Source: Octopus sinensis (taxonomy: Eukaryota). Taken from it: a DNA stretch of 64,000 nucleotides. The notes below the pieces were generated by a model, which saw only the letters and a list, made by a program, of their open reading frames with translations, made no database searches and was not told where the DNA came from. Position numbers and translations under genes: made by a program. Each line of letters opens with the position of its first letter. Within the stretch, counting starts at the first letter, position 1. Below, piece by piece: positions 51,596 to 64,000 of the stretch. The stretch spans positions 24,626,464-24,690,463 of the forward strand of contig NC_043011.1 in the NCBI RefSeq assembly GCF_006345805.1, given 5' to 3'.

Positions 51596-52169
51596 ATTAA
51601 TAATAATAATAATGAGTGGTACTTTATTTGCCACAAGGACAGCAAATGTGGAACATTACAAAAGACAGATTGCAAAAACAGTGGATGATTTTTATATTGA
51701 GTGCAAAAAAATATATATATGCATGGAAAAGATGAAATATGAAATATAAAAATGCAAAAGCAATATATGTAATCTATACGTCCCAAAAGAAAGAGGGTCT
51801 GCTAGGGTAAACTGCAGTACTTTACCAGTCTCTAGATACCCTTCAATACAGAGTTAAGTGGTTTCTCTCAGCTGGGAAATTACAATTGATAACTGAGATT
51901 GAAATAATTTGTATGGAAAAAAATAAAAGTGATAAAGTGATAGTATGCACACACACAAACACACACACACACACCACACACATGCACACACACATGCATA
52001 CACATACACACACACATGTATATTTTATTGAAACTGAATATTTATATGAGGACTCAAGTTTTACACCATTGTAATATGTGTGTGTGTGTGTGTGTGTATG
52101 TGTGTGTGCGTGTGTGTGTGTGTAATAATACATTATCTTAAGTTATAAATTCTATACCATTATAATATA

Positions 52170-52328
52170 CATATATGTGTGTATGTGTGTATAATATATA
52201 TATATATGTATAATATATAACACATATATATCTATATATATTATATATACATACATATATATATAATATATATATCTATGTATATATATATATATATATA
52301 TCTATATATATACATGCACACATATATA

Positions 52329-52395
<67 letters not shown>

Positions 52396-52422
52396 TTATA
52401 TATACACTGTATATATAATATA

Positions 52423-52465
<43 letters not shown>

Positions 52466-52813
52466 ATATATATATATTATTTATATATACATGTAATATA
52501 TTAAAGTAACATGTCAAGCCTTTCTCTATACAAAAGACTCGAAATTACACATATCCTTTTTTCCTTCTCTCCTTTTTACTGTTGTTATATATGGCAAGCC
52601 TACATTATGAATATGTATACCAATATATTTTCAGTTAAACTATAATACAAAAACATTGATTCATTGAAAACAGTGTTAGATTTTTCTTTTTCTTACATAT
52701 AAATACATAGAATAAAATTATTTTCCTCTTATGTTATAAAGTTAAATTTGTTTTAATTACCCAAAATATATATATCAAAATTTGATACATTTTCAATTTT
52801 CTCAGTATTTTTG

Positions 52814-52886
<73 letters not shown>

Positions 52887-53045
52887 CACACAAATATGTA
52901 TGTATATTATATAGTATATATATATATATAATATATATACATATATATATACATATATATATAACATATATATATAACATATATATATATAACATACATA
53001 TAATGCACATACACACAGACAAACATATATGTATATATATATACG
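52170..53045. repeat. (TA)n/(GA)n tracts
   Basis: Direct inspection. Confidence 0.9.
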
Positions 53046-53103
53046 CACACTAAAAATTGATGAAAGCAGCTAGCCCAATATCAAACATCATAGGTAAAAT
53101 TTA

Positions 53104-53429
53104 ATTGTCACTAATTGTAATTGAGGGTCCTGAGAGCACCTATATTGCAAGAAATAAGAGTTAAAACCCTTAAATGTTGCATGAAAAGCACATTTATATA
53201 TACTGACAGGGGAGATAACTGTCCCATGAGCACAACTAGAAATACTCGATCCATTTCATCCCTTGCTTCAGGACTCACCATCAGTGTCACTTCATTGCTT
53301 CAACGGAACAGCTAGATCCCACTGTCAGTATATATAAATGTGCTGTTCTTGCAAATAAGGCCAGGGTTTTAACTCTTATTTCTTGCAATATAGGTGCTCT
53401 CAGCACCCTCATTCACAATTTGTGATGAT
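53104..53429. mobile_element. MITE related to 16451-16720 (~110-bp TIRs)
   Basis: tgagggtcctgagagcacctatattgcaagaaataagagttaaaaccct is mirrored at 53363-53411; shared core ttgc.agaaataagagttaaaac. Confidence 0.8.
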
Positions 53430-53926
53430 TGAATTTTTCCTATATGGTTTTATATTGAACTTAGCTGCTTTTATCAATTTTTAGCATTTTGCCAAATCAG
53501 CCATAAAAATTATAAGGGCTCACACTCCCGATCCACAGCCACTTTGAGGTAACCTCCACTGCCTCCACAGCCAACTCAATGGCCTCTTTCTACTGGCCTC
53601 TGTGCTCTAAAGCAATTCCACATACATATAAAACAATGCACAATATAACAACACAAATGCATTTTCCAGACTCATAATCAAGGAGGTTCCAGTCATAACC
53701 ATTGCACCCTTTTTGTTTGTCTAGGACTATATTTTCCAGACATCTTCCTTTTTTTAAGACAATAAGATGTAATTAAAGATAACTAAGCTGCTGTTTCTGG
53801 CAGATCATGTGATCATGAAGATTCTTTCTCGTATAACAAAGAAGATACAGTTCTATATTTAAGAGATGAGGAATTATGTACATTAGTTACATTTGACAGA
53901 TATTTGTCCTCATCTTGTTTGTTGTT

Positions 53927-53972
53927 AACACAACGTTTCAGTTGATATACCCTCCCACCTTCATCAGGTGTC
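53927..53972 (-). ncRNA. Minimal dimer-type hammerhead in the left inverted repeat (53875-54023)
   Basis: GACAC-CUGAUGA-AGGUG..CAACU-GAA-ACGU-U-GUGUU. Confidence 0.65.
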
Positions 53973-54084
53973 TTGGGGAAATTTCGAACCTGGGATCTCA
54001 TTCCTAAGGTATTTTTGCTCTTTATTATTATTATTATTATTATCATTATTATCATTATTATTATCATTATTATTATCATTATTA

Positions 54085-54129
<45 letters not shown>

Positions 54130-54268
54130 CATCATCATTATTATTATTATCATATTATTTTATTATTATTATATTATTATTATTATTATTATTATCACTA
54201 TTATTATTATTATTATTATATATTATTATTATATATTATTATTATTATCACTATTATTATTATTATTA

Positions 54269-54313
<45 letters not shown>

Positions 54314-54320
54314 CATTATT

Positions 54321-54396
54321 CAGGTCACTGCTTGGAATCGAGCTCAGAATCTTGGGGGTTAGTAGCCTGCACTCTTAACCACTACGCCATATGCCC
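54321..54396 (-). promoter_or_regulatory. tRNA-like head (pol III A/B-box-like), followed by (TAA)n 54320-54025 and the hammerhead segment
   Basis: Minus strand GGGCATATGGCGTAGTGGTTAAGAGTGCAGGC..TGAGCTCGATTCCAAGC. Confidence 0.6.
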
Positions 54397-54399
54397 ACG

Positions 54400-55410
54400 A
54401 TTAAAGGAAATAGCAAATGAAATAGCTAAGATTAGCAAAGATAGTCAAACCTATATGCATAATTTTAGCAAACACAATACAATAGATGACAGAATTCCTT
54501 TAGTGTTTAACTGGCACCAACATTTCGCTAACATTTCAAAAGTGTTGCATGGAAGTTACCAGCATGTGGCGAAAAAATATCCTCATTTCAAACAGATATT
54601 TCCTCAGCCTCCTATTGTAGCCTTTAGATGGAATAAGAATATAAGAGAATTATTGACCTCTAAATCTGACTCCAAGAAAACGAACATTGGAGTATCTACA
54701 TGCTGTACCTTAAAGAACAGCCGCAAGAGAGGTAAGCCCTGTTCATTGTGCAACAACATGAGTGAAGTGAATTCCATCAGAAATCATAACAGAAATGTTA
54801 TGATTTATACAGAAGGTGGAACACGTAAAGATTCCCACTTGGTGTACACTGCAGAATGCACAAAACACAACTTAATTTATGCTGGTTGCACAACAGAACA
54901 ATTAAACAAAAGGTTTAATGGGCACAGATTCAACGTCAGGCACAATAACAGCATTTCGACAGAACTTGCTGAACATTTCATTTCAAGTGGCTGCAATTTT
55001 GAAGAAGACTTGAAAGTGCATATTCTCAGAAAATATTCTGAATCTACTTCGCTTTCACTTCTCAGAATGTATGAGGAGAAATATGTTTGCGGGTTATTAA
55101 CATCACGCCCTGGAGGAATGAATAAGATGACAGGAGAACATCATCAAATTTATACAAAGCTGTTTGATTAAATATTCTTCTTTCTCTCTTTTTCTTTCCT
55201 TTTTTTCTGTCGTCTTTGTTTTTCTGTCTTTTTCTGTCTTTTTTAACTGTAACTTAAAAACTGATCATGTCATTCCATCAGCATGTGGACACTGGTTGCT
55301 CTCATTCATACTTTACATTTAAATTTCTGTCATTTTGAATTTTTATCACTTCTTATTTTGAACTTGACAAAGACAGACGTACTGTTGAAATATCATTCAA
55401 CAAATAAAAT
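54400..55410 (+). mobile_element. 5'-truncated Penelope-like element of a second subgroup (GIY-YIG ORF to 55171, then 3' UTR)
   Basis: IFPQPPIVAFRWNKNIRELL, C..RGKPCSLC, LVYTAEC..IYAGCTTEQLNKRFNGHR..ELAEHF; degenerate HHR-like CTTGACAA..GAAA at 55363-55390. Confidence 0.85.
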
Positions 55411-55413
55411 ATC

Positions 55414-55467
<54 letters not shown>

Positions 55468-55515
55468 GAGCAAAAATACCTTAAGAATGAGAACCCAGGT
55501 TCAAAATTTCCTCAA

Positions 55516-55561
55516 GACGCCTGATGAAGGCTGGAGGGTATATCAGCCGAAACGTTGTGTT
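55516..55561 (+). ncRNA. Minimal dimer-type hammerhead in the right repeat (55466-55618) after (TAA)n
   Basis: GACGC-CUGAUGA-A-GGCUG(GAGGGUAUAU)CAGCC-GAA-ACGU-U-GUGUU. Confidence 0.75.
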
Positions 55562-56249
55562 AACAGCAAGCAAGATGAGGACAAATATCTGGAAAATGTA
55601 AATAATGTAAATAATGAACAAAAGACATATTCAACATGGAAGTATAATTCCTGTTATCTCTTTAGCATTCAGATTCCTCTGTCCAAAGTAATGCTTATTT
55701 ATTCACATTGTTTTGAATTAGTCATGCTTTATCTTGTTGCTTTGAGATTTTGAAATAACTGTTTATTTTTAAAATGACATTGTAGGGTTGGTGTGAGAAG
55801 TGTGATCTGACCAATTTGAGCATAAACAGATAGAATATTTTGGCCAGATAAGGCCAGCTTAACTGCTAAAGGGTTAAGTGCATAATTGGATTAAGTCTTG
55901 GCACTTTTATATCTATCTGCTTGTCTTGGAATATATGTTTCATCATTAGTCTGATGAATAAAGAGTTTTTTTATTCAGTAACAAAAAGACAACATCACAT
56001 CTGAAGCATCATATTCTATACAATATTTATGATACAATTCACACAACACACATTTGAGACAATTGCTACACATTAATATAACACATCCCACACAACACAT
56101 GTAAAACAATTGCCATGCTGTACTATAACACAACTCACATAACATATTCTACAAAATTCCTACATGAAACAATAATATAACTTACACAACACATGTGGAA
56201 ACTCATGTAACATATTCTACATACCACAATACCACAACTCACACAGTCC

Positions 56250-56935
56250 ATCATCATCATCATCATCATTTAACATCCACTTTTCCATGCTTACCTGAGG
56301 TCAGATGAAACTTGCTGCAGCAGCTTTTCTACAGGTGGATGCTCTTCCTGTCACCAACCCTTACCTGTCTCCAAGGAAGTTAATATTTCGCTATGGTCAG
56401 ACATGTTTTCACAGAAAACTGGAAACAAATAACATTGCTTGTACGATGGTGATGCTCATTTACAATCATCAGTTGGTGTCAAGAAAATGGTACACATAAG
56501 GCAGTGAGCTGGCAGAAATGTTATCACACCGGGTGAAATGCTTAGCGGTATTTCGTCTGCTGTTACATTCTGAGTTCAAATTCCACCAAGGTCGACTTTG
56601 CCTTTCATCCCTTCGGGGTCGATGAATTAAGTACCAGTTACACACTGGGGTCAATTGTAATTGACTTAATCCCTTTGTCTGTCCTTATTTTTCTCCTCTA
56701 TGTTTAGTTCCTTGTAGGCAATAAAGAAATAAGAAAAGGGTACACAGAAGCACATACACACGCAAACACATATGGTGGGCTTCTTTTTAGTTTCCATCTG
56801 TCAAATCCACTTAGAAAGCTTTGGGAGACCTGAAGCTGTAATGGAACTCACTTGCCAAAGGTCCTACAGTGTGGAACTGAACCCAAGACCACACAGTGGG
56901 GAAATAAGCTTCTTACCCACATAGCTATGGTTGTG
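56250..56935. mobile_element. Cluster: RTE-type 3' end variant (56250-56490, -), SINE A (56500-56733, +), SINE B (56765-56935, -)
   Basis: Family motifs as above, nested in a degenerate CACAACACAT-rich region (55980-57180). Confidence 0.7.
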
Positions 56936-57658
56936 CCAATGGAAAACAATTACTACACAAAATTATAACACAATTCCTGCAACACAATACATACAAATAT
57001 AATCTAAACAATGCATATAACATGATTCACACAACATATTCTACATAACTGCTGCATAATGCAAGAACATAAGTTATACAACACATATATAGACAAATCA
57101 AAACACAATAGTATAACATAATTCACAGAAGAAATTCTACATGGCTGCAACATAATAAAATGGCATTCTACATTCAAAATGAGTCCAGTACAACAAACAT
57201 ATGATAGTCAGAGAGAAAATAACTCTGATCTGAATGTAACTTTGAATCCCAACAGATCAGCAAATTAATTCTGATACATTTTTAAGGGTAAAAACATATC
57301 AGACATAGAAACAGGACCCTTAAAAAAAGGGACATAAAAAATTATGAAAATACAAACAAAAACAAGCAACAAAATTGTGATCATAAAAAACAGGACACTT
57401 GAGTTCACTCTAGCACCCTGTCACTGCCATCTTTAGCTTCTGCCCAACTGCCCCACCCATCCTTATATAATATTGGGGAGCTATGTATCCCCTCTATAGC
57501 AAGACACCTGTTTTTGTTTCTCTATTTCAGCTTCTCAATGCTTGGCATAAAGCCACTACCCGCCACTTAAATACTCATCCCACCCCACTTAGTCACGGTG
57601 GATTTTCCTTATTCTTTTTCTCTCTTATAAGCTACTTTACAACCTCACTAATGCCAAT

Positions 57659-58145
57659 CATCATCATCATCATCGTTTAGCGTCTGCTTCCCATGCTGGC
57701 ATGGGTTGGACGGTGCAACTGGGGTCTGGGAAGCCAGAAGGCTGCACCAGGCCCAGTCTGATCTGGCAATGTTTCTACGGCTGGATGCCCTTTCTAACGC
57801 CAACCACTCCATGAGTGTAGTGGGTGCTTTTTACGTGCCACTGGCATGGAGGCCAGGCCAGGCTGGCAAACGGCCACGATCGGATGGTGCTTTTTATGTG
57901 CCACCGGCACGGAGGCCAGGCGAGGCTGGCAACGACCACGATTGGATGGTGCTTTTTACGTAAAAACCACTCAGTACACACCATAAAGTGTTCGGCATTA
58001 GGAAGGTCATCCAGCCTTAGGGGCCATACCAAAGCTGACATTAGAGATCAGCACAGCCTTGCAGCTTGTTAGATTCGGTCAAACCACCCAACCCATACCA
58101 GCATGGAAAAAGGACGTTAGACGATGATGACGATGATGCTGATGA
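57659..58145. mobile_element. Head-to-head inverted pair of RTE 3'-end copies (57659-57963 minus; 57964-58145 plus)
   Basis: Left catcat-gtttagcgtc..ttccatgctggcatgggttgg is mirrored by ccaacccataccagcatggaaaaaggacgttagacgatgatg. Confidence 0.75.
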
Positions 58146-58779
58146 CAAAGGTGTAAACCATAACATTAGACCTAACATATGCAAGACAAACAAACAAAAT
58201 AAAGAAAGTGCAAGAAGATCAAACACTGGTATTCCTACAATATACTGACCAACAAAAGAGCCGAACCAGAAATAACACAAAGGAAAATATGAATACAAGG
58301 AGGAATATGAGAAAGATTTAAGAATAGAACATTCTAAAGATGGATATTCTCTGAATGACAATAATCTAAAAGTGGAAATAGTTAAAGAATTAAAATCAAT
58401 AGAAAATGTTCCAATGGACCAACAAAACACTCTCCCAAGGATAAAACTTAAAACGATGAAGAAACAACAACAGCAAAAAGTGGTCAAAAGGCCATTAAGA
58501 ACAGAAGCGTCTTCTGATTATCATGACAGTCCCAACAGACAATAAACATATATTTGAAAGAAACGGAGAAAACCATTCAAATATAAAGAACTGTAAATAG
58601 AGATAACGGTAATGTAGGGAGGACGGGATTGCAAACAGAAACAATCCCCATAATGATAGGTGTATTGAGAATGGTTAAAAAAAAATGGGCAAACAAATAC
58701 ATAACTACAAATCTCAGAACTTATATACACACACGTACACATGCATACCAGCATACATATAGCCATACATATATAAACC

Positions 58780-59078
58780 TACATACATATATATATATAT
58801 AAATATATATATGCATGTATATATATATAGATATATGTACATACACATACACACACATATTGATTACCACCTTTTATATGTTGTGTGTGGGTGTATACAA
58901 ATAATATGTGTGTGTACACACACACACATATATATATATATACACATATATGGATACATAGATATATATGTATATGCATATATATATATATGTATGTATA
59001 TATATATGTATATATATACATATATATATATGTATATATGTGTGTGTATATATATATATATATTATATATATATATAT

Positions 59079-59112
<34 letters not shown>

Positions 59113-59200
59113 ATATATATACATACATATATATATATATATATTTAATTAATATACATATATATATATACATAGATATATATATACACACTATACACAC
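58780..59200. repeat. (TA)n/(CA)n tract
   Basis: Direct inspection. Confidence 0.95.
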
Positions 59201-59479
59201 ACATATACGCACACAAACACGCACACAAAACATAGAAAATAGCACTACAATGAACTGTGCAAGGACTGCAAAGAGTGTATTCAATACTACAGAATACACG
59301 AGGGCAAAACAAAACATTGTGCATACCTAAGGCACGTAGTGTTGCACACTGTATTGTACAATGAAAGTAGACAGTAAAAATAAGACTTCTACTACTGTGA
59401 CTACTACTATCACCACTACTACTACTACTACTACTACTGCTACTACAAATGATAATGATAATAATCCTTTTTATAATAG

Positions 59480-59683
59480 ACACAAGGTCTGAAATTTTGT
59501 GGGAGCAGACTAGTCAAATACATTGACCCCAGTATCTCACTGGTACTTAATTTATCGACCCTGAAAGGATGAAAGGCAAAGTCAACCTCAGTTGAATTTG
59601 AACTCAGAACGTAAAGTTAGACGAAATGCCGGTAAGCATTTTGGCCTGGCATGGTAACAATTCTGCCAGCTCACCACCTTACA

Positions 59684-59760
<77 letters not shown>

Positions 59761-59810
59761 CAACAACAACAACCATAATAATAATAACAATAACAACAAC
59801 AATGATAATG

Positions 59811-59842
<32 letters not shown>

Positions 59843-60040
59843 TTTTTATTATCGGCACAGGGCCTGAAATTTGGCAGAGTGAGGGTAGTCGATTAAATCA
59901 ACCCCAGTGCTCAACTAGTACTTATTTTATCAATCACGAAAGGATGAAATGCTGTCAACCTTGGTAGAATTTGAACTCAGAACATACATATGGACAAAAG
60001 TCAACTTCAATGAGATTTGAACTCAGAAAGTAAAGAAATG
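59480..60040 (-). mobile_element. Two SINE family A copies separated by (AAT)n/(AAC)n (59684-59842)
   Basis: Family A motifs, reverse orientation. Confidence 0.75.
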
Positions 60041-60080
60041 GAACAAATACCATAACCACAAGGTGCCTACAGCATCAATG

Positions 60081-60164
<84 letters not shown>

Positions 60165-60210
60165 ATATATATATACATACATACATACATATATATATGT
60201 GTGTGTATAT

Positions 60211-60291
<81 letters not shown>

Positions 60292-60769
60292 CAAGCAATC
60301 CCTACCCTATGGAAACATTACATTCCTGAAAATTTTACTGTAACACGGAAAATCAGTGTTCATTGACTTTCATGTGAGATGGCAGTCAATGAATATGGAA
60401 ATCAATAGAGAATATGTTTCCTGGAATGGAATTCCACTTTATGATAAATTTTTCAAGGAACACAATGCTTCTATAATGCAAAGGATTCCAGTATATTTCT
60501 ATTCTATTTCTATTTGTTTCACATGTTTTTGCAAAAGCTTCTAGTTATTCAATGTGTGTAGGCAGAAGTCATAGCACAAGCATTCTTGCAGCAGCTCCTG
60601 CTGGAAATTTTTCTGCAAATTGTGCTAATATTATTCTATTTTCAGTCTTTTAAGAATGGCTCTAATCGCATAAACAAACAAACAAGACTCTCTGATTCCA
60701 TTCCTTATTGTCACAATGATTTGAAGAATAACGGAAATAGTTTATGTAAATATGAAATAATTCTTTCTA

Positions 60770-61380
60770 ATTTTGGCACAAAGCCAGCAATTTTGAGGGG
60801 AGATGAAAGTCAATGACATCGATTCCAGTACTCAACTAGTACATATTTTATTGATCGCTAATTGATGAAAGGCAAGATCTTGGTGGCATTTGAACTGAAA
60901 AAGAGAAGAGGTGGGAAAAAAAGGCTAAGCATTTTGTCCAATATGGTAATGATCCTGGCAGCTTGCTGCCTTAATATAGACATGAAATAAGAGTTTAAAA
61001 TTCTGGCACAAAGCCAACAACTTTGGGGAAGGGAGTAAATTGATTAAATCGACCCCAATACTTAACTGTTCCTTATTTTATCAACCCTGAAAGTATGAAA
61101 AGTAAAGTCAACCTCAACAGAATTCAAACTCAGAACGTAAAGACAGATGAAATACTGCTAAGCATTTTGCCCAGCATGCTTACAATTCTCAAGCTCACCA
61201 CCTTATAAGCATAAGATATTGATTTCTAGCATAGGCACAAAGCCACAAATTTGGGGGAAGGAACATGGTTGATTAAAATCAATCTCAGAACTTGACTGGC
61301 ATTTTATTTTGTTGAAATCCCTCAACTTCACACAGAAGGATAAAAGACAAAGCTGACCTTGGTGGAGTTTGAATTCAGAA
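60770..61380 (-). mobile_element. Three tandem degenerate SINE family A copies
   Basis: Repeated aaagcca(g/a)caa.ttt.g.ggg..aaaggatgaaa..caacct..gaattc/tgaactcagaa. Confidence 0.65.
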
Positions 61381-61819
61381 AATCATCATCATTCTCATCA
61401 CTGCTTTAAAATCCATTTTTTTATGGTTGCATAGTTCAAATGAAATTTGTTGAAGCAGATTTTCTATGGCTGGACACCCTTCCTGTCACTAATCCTTACC
61501 TGTTTCCAAGAAAGCTAATAATACAGAGTAGTGCACAAAAATGTAGCATAAATACAGAAATGAATTTACACACACGAAAATGCACCTGGCTTTTCATTAA
61601 CAAGTGTCATTATGTTATTTTGACTGAAAAAGTAGCCCAGTTTCCATAGCATGGTGTAAATAAATTTATACACACAAAAAGGCACCCAGCCATTCATTTG
61701 ACAGTGTCATTGTGTTATTTCGACTGCTTGTAGCTGCTGATCAAAGATGGTGCACTTGTTGACTGTTACGTTATACTCACCACATCTTCACTACATAAGT
61801 AAGATGGTATTGAGTGAAC

Positions 61820-62053
61820 AAGGCGGCGAGCTGGCAGAAACGTTAGCATGTCAGGCGAAATGCGTAGCCGTATTTTGTCTGCCATTATGTTCTGAGTTCA
61901 AATTCCGCCGAGGTCGACTTTGCCTTTCATTCTTTCAGGGTCGATAAATTAAGTACCAGTTACACACTGGGGTCGATGTAATTGACTTAATCCATTTCTC
62001 TGTCTTTGTTTGTCCCCTCTATGTTTAGCCCCTTGTGGGCAATAAAGAAATAG
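61820..62053 (+). mobile_element. SINE family A, well-conserved copy
   Basis: aaggcggcgagctggcagaaacgttagc..aaagaaataggt. Confidence 0.9.
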
Positions 62054-62546
62054 GTATCGAGTGAACATTTCTAGGCTTTTCTGCAAGATGATGAGAGTGG
62101 AGATTGTGAAAACGCATGTGAGGACAGATATTGTGAGGCAAACACACGCAATTTTTGAAGTCAAGCTTCTGGATAAAGACTTACCAGCAAGAGAACGATA
62201 CAAATATTAGTTAAGAAGTGGTACACTACAGTATCACTGCACCCAATGCCTCAAAACAAAAGACCCTACAGTTCAAACACTGGAAATTATTCAGGGCATT
62301 CATCAAAGGGTTACTCAAAATCCAAAGAAGTCAACATGTAAATTGGCGCAGCAGTCTCACATACACAGGAGGTCATGCCAATGGGTGTTGAAAAGTCTAA
62401 AGTTGAAGCTGTATCAGTTCACATGTGTACAGCAATGAAAAGTAGATGACAAGGGCAAACGAATAAATTACTTCACATGGCTTCTGAATAGCAGTTACAA
62501 GCAGTCAAGATAACACAATGACTCTTACAAATGAAAGGCTTTTGTC

Positions 62547-62880
62547 ATCATCATGATCATTATCATCATTTAATGTTCATTGTCCATGCTGGCATTGGTT
62601 GGACGGTTTGACTAGGGTTGGCAAGCTGGAAGGCTGCACCAGACTCCAGTCTGATTTGGCATGGTTTTCTATAGCTGAATGCCCTTCCTAACGCCAACCA
62701 TACTGAGAGTGTAATGGGTGCTTTTACATGCCACTGGCACAGGTGCCATTTGCATGACACCAGTATCTGCCATGACTGTGATTTTTACTTGGCTTGGTGG
62801 GTCTTCTTCTCATGCACAACATAATACCAAGGTCTTAGTCATTCATCATTGGCCCTGTGAGGCCCAACACTTGAAAGTAT
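62547..62880 (-). mobile_element. RTE 3'-end copy
   Basis: RTE 3' UTR motifs. Confidence 0.85.
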
Positions 62881-63187
62881 GTGCACATGCTGTTCTTACA
62901 CACACCTACACACATGTAATATTACTAGCTATTTTTCAGTTTTTGTCTCCCATATCCACTCACAAGACTTTTCTCAGCCCAGGGGCCATAGTAAAAAGCA
63001 CTTGATTAAGGTACCACTGAGCAAGACTGAACCCAAAATCATATGGTTTAAGCGGTAACCCCTCTTGAGCACATAGTCATACCTGCAATGCAAAATAATA
63101 TGATAATAATGCATTTAGATTCCATCCACCAACTAGTTCTGAGACTAATTTTGTTTGCAGTGATACAGTTGCTGAGCAACAGTTGCG

Positions 63188-63770
63188 ACACACACACACA
63201 CACACACACAAACACAAACATGCTCATATATGCTCATTCATTACTTCTTTCGCTTTCTCTCTCCCCTCTCTCTCTCTTTCTCTCTCTTCTCACTCTTTCT
63301 CTCTCACCTCTCCCCTCTCCCTCTTTTTCTGTTTTGTGTTTTCTCTCTTTCTTCCCTCTCTCTCTCCCCTCTATAAAACACATACACACATGCTCACTCA
63401 TTATTTCTCTCTCTCTTTTCTCCCTCATTCTCTTTCTCTGTTTTCTCCCTTTCTCTTCTCTTTCACTTTCTCCATAATACACACACACACACACACATGC
63501 TCATTCATTGGTTCTCATTCTTTCTCTCTCCCTCTCTCTTTCTCCATTTTCTCTCTTTTATTTCTCTCTCACTCTCTCCTCTGTAATACTCCCCTCTCAC
63601 ACTCACACATGTGCATGCACACAACACACACACACACACAACACACACACATGTGCACACATGCACACATGCGCACACACACACACATACACACACATGC
63701 ACACACATGCACACACACACACACACACACACCACACACACACACACACACACATGTCTTCTCTACACCC
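63188..63770. repeat. (CA)n/(CT)n compound microsatellite region
   Basis: Direct inspection. Confidence 0.95.
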
Positions 63771-64000
63771 ACCAATCTGGATGCAAGCACGGCAAGCCAA
63801 TCAATGGTTTGGAGGGAAACAGGTGAAACATATGTGCTTGACATAGCATGAAAGACAGGATATCAGAAAAATGGAGTGATGTGACAAGACAGCCACAGTC
63901 ATAGTACATATGTATATATACTGTCATTTAAACATATGGAAGTTATTTTAGTAAAAAAAGAAGGATGTTCAAGTTGTTTACTTTATAATAATGTTCGAAA

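Noticed and set aside
53122-53411. Initially read as a TGAGGG-ended mariner MITE
   Set aside because: The inverted repeat extends further out to 53104/53429 and matches the 16451 family termini, so it was re-delimited.
58200-58520. A-rich segment resembling an R4/Dong N-terminal region (PMDQQNTLPRIK)
   Set aside because: Only a weak motif in low-complexity sequence.

Overview
This is a very AT-rich, repeat-saturated eukaryotic window with no protein-coding host gene that I can support. The repeat families look like those of coleoid cephalopods, most likely Octopus; this is my recognition, not a database result. Almost all listed ORFs are microsatellite or SINE read-through. The real coding remnants all belong to transposable elements: a nearly complete, frameshifted RTE LINE (26.4-30.0 kb, minus); several restriction-like-endonuclease (R4/Dong-type) LINE fragments tied to (TAA)n or (CATA)n tracts; four Penelope-like element (PLE) fragments with GIY-YIG endonuclease; and a Helitron PIF1-helicase relic. 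Around these lie two non-autonomous Helitrons, MITEs and dozens of tRNA-derived SINE copies. The most notable signal is not in the ORF track: about a dozen type-I hammerhead ribozyme (HHR) motifs from about seven unrelated sequence families, each with a palindromic stem III as in dimer-acting PLE hammerheads. They sit in non-coding 357-495 bp direct-repeat or tandem units next to (TA)n/(TAA)n tracts, often as divergent inverted pairs. The clearest case is a ~495-bp-period array at 32.7-35.1 kb with one HHR per monomer, which looks like a retrozyme-like non-autonomous ribozyme retroelement that could produce circular RNA. All ribozyme folds were made by eye and coordinates of degenerate repeats are approximate.
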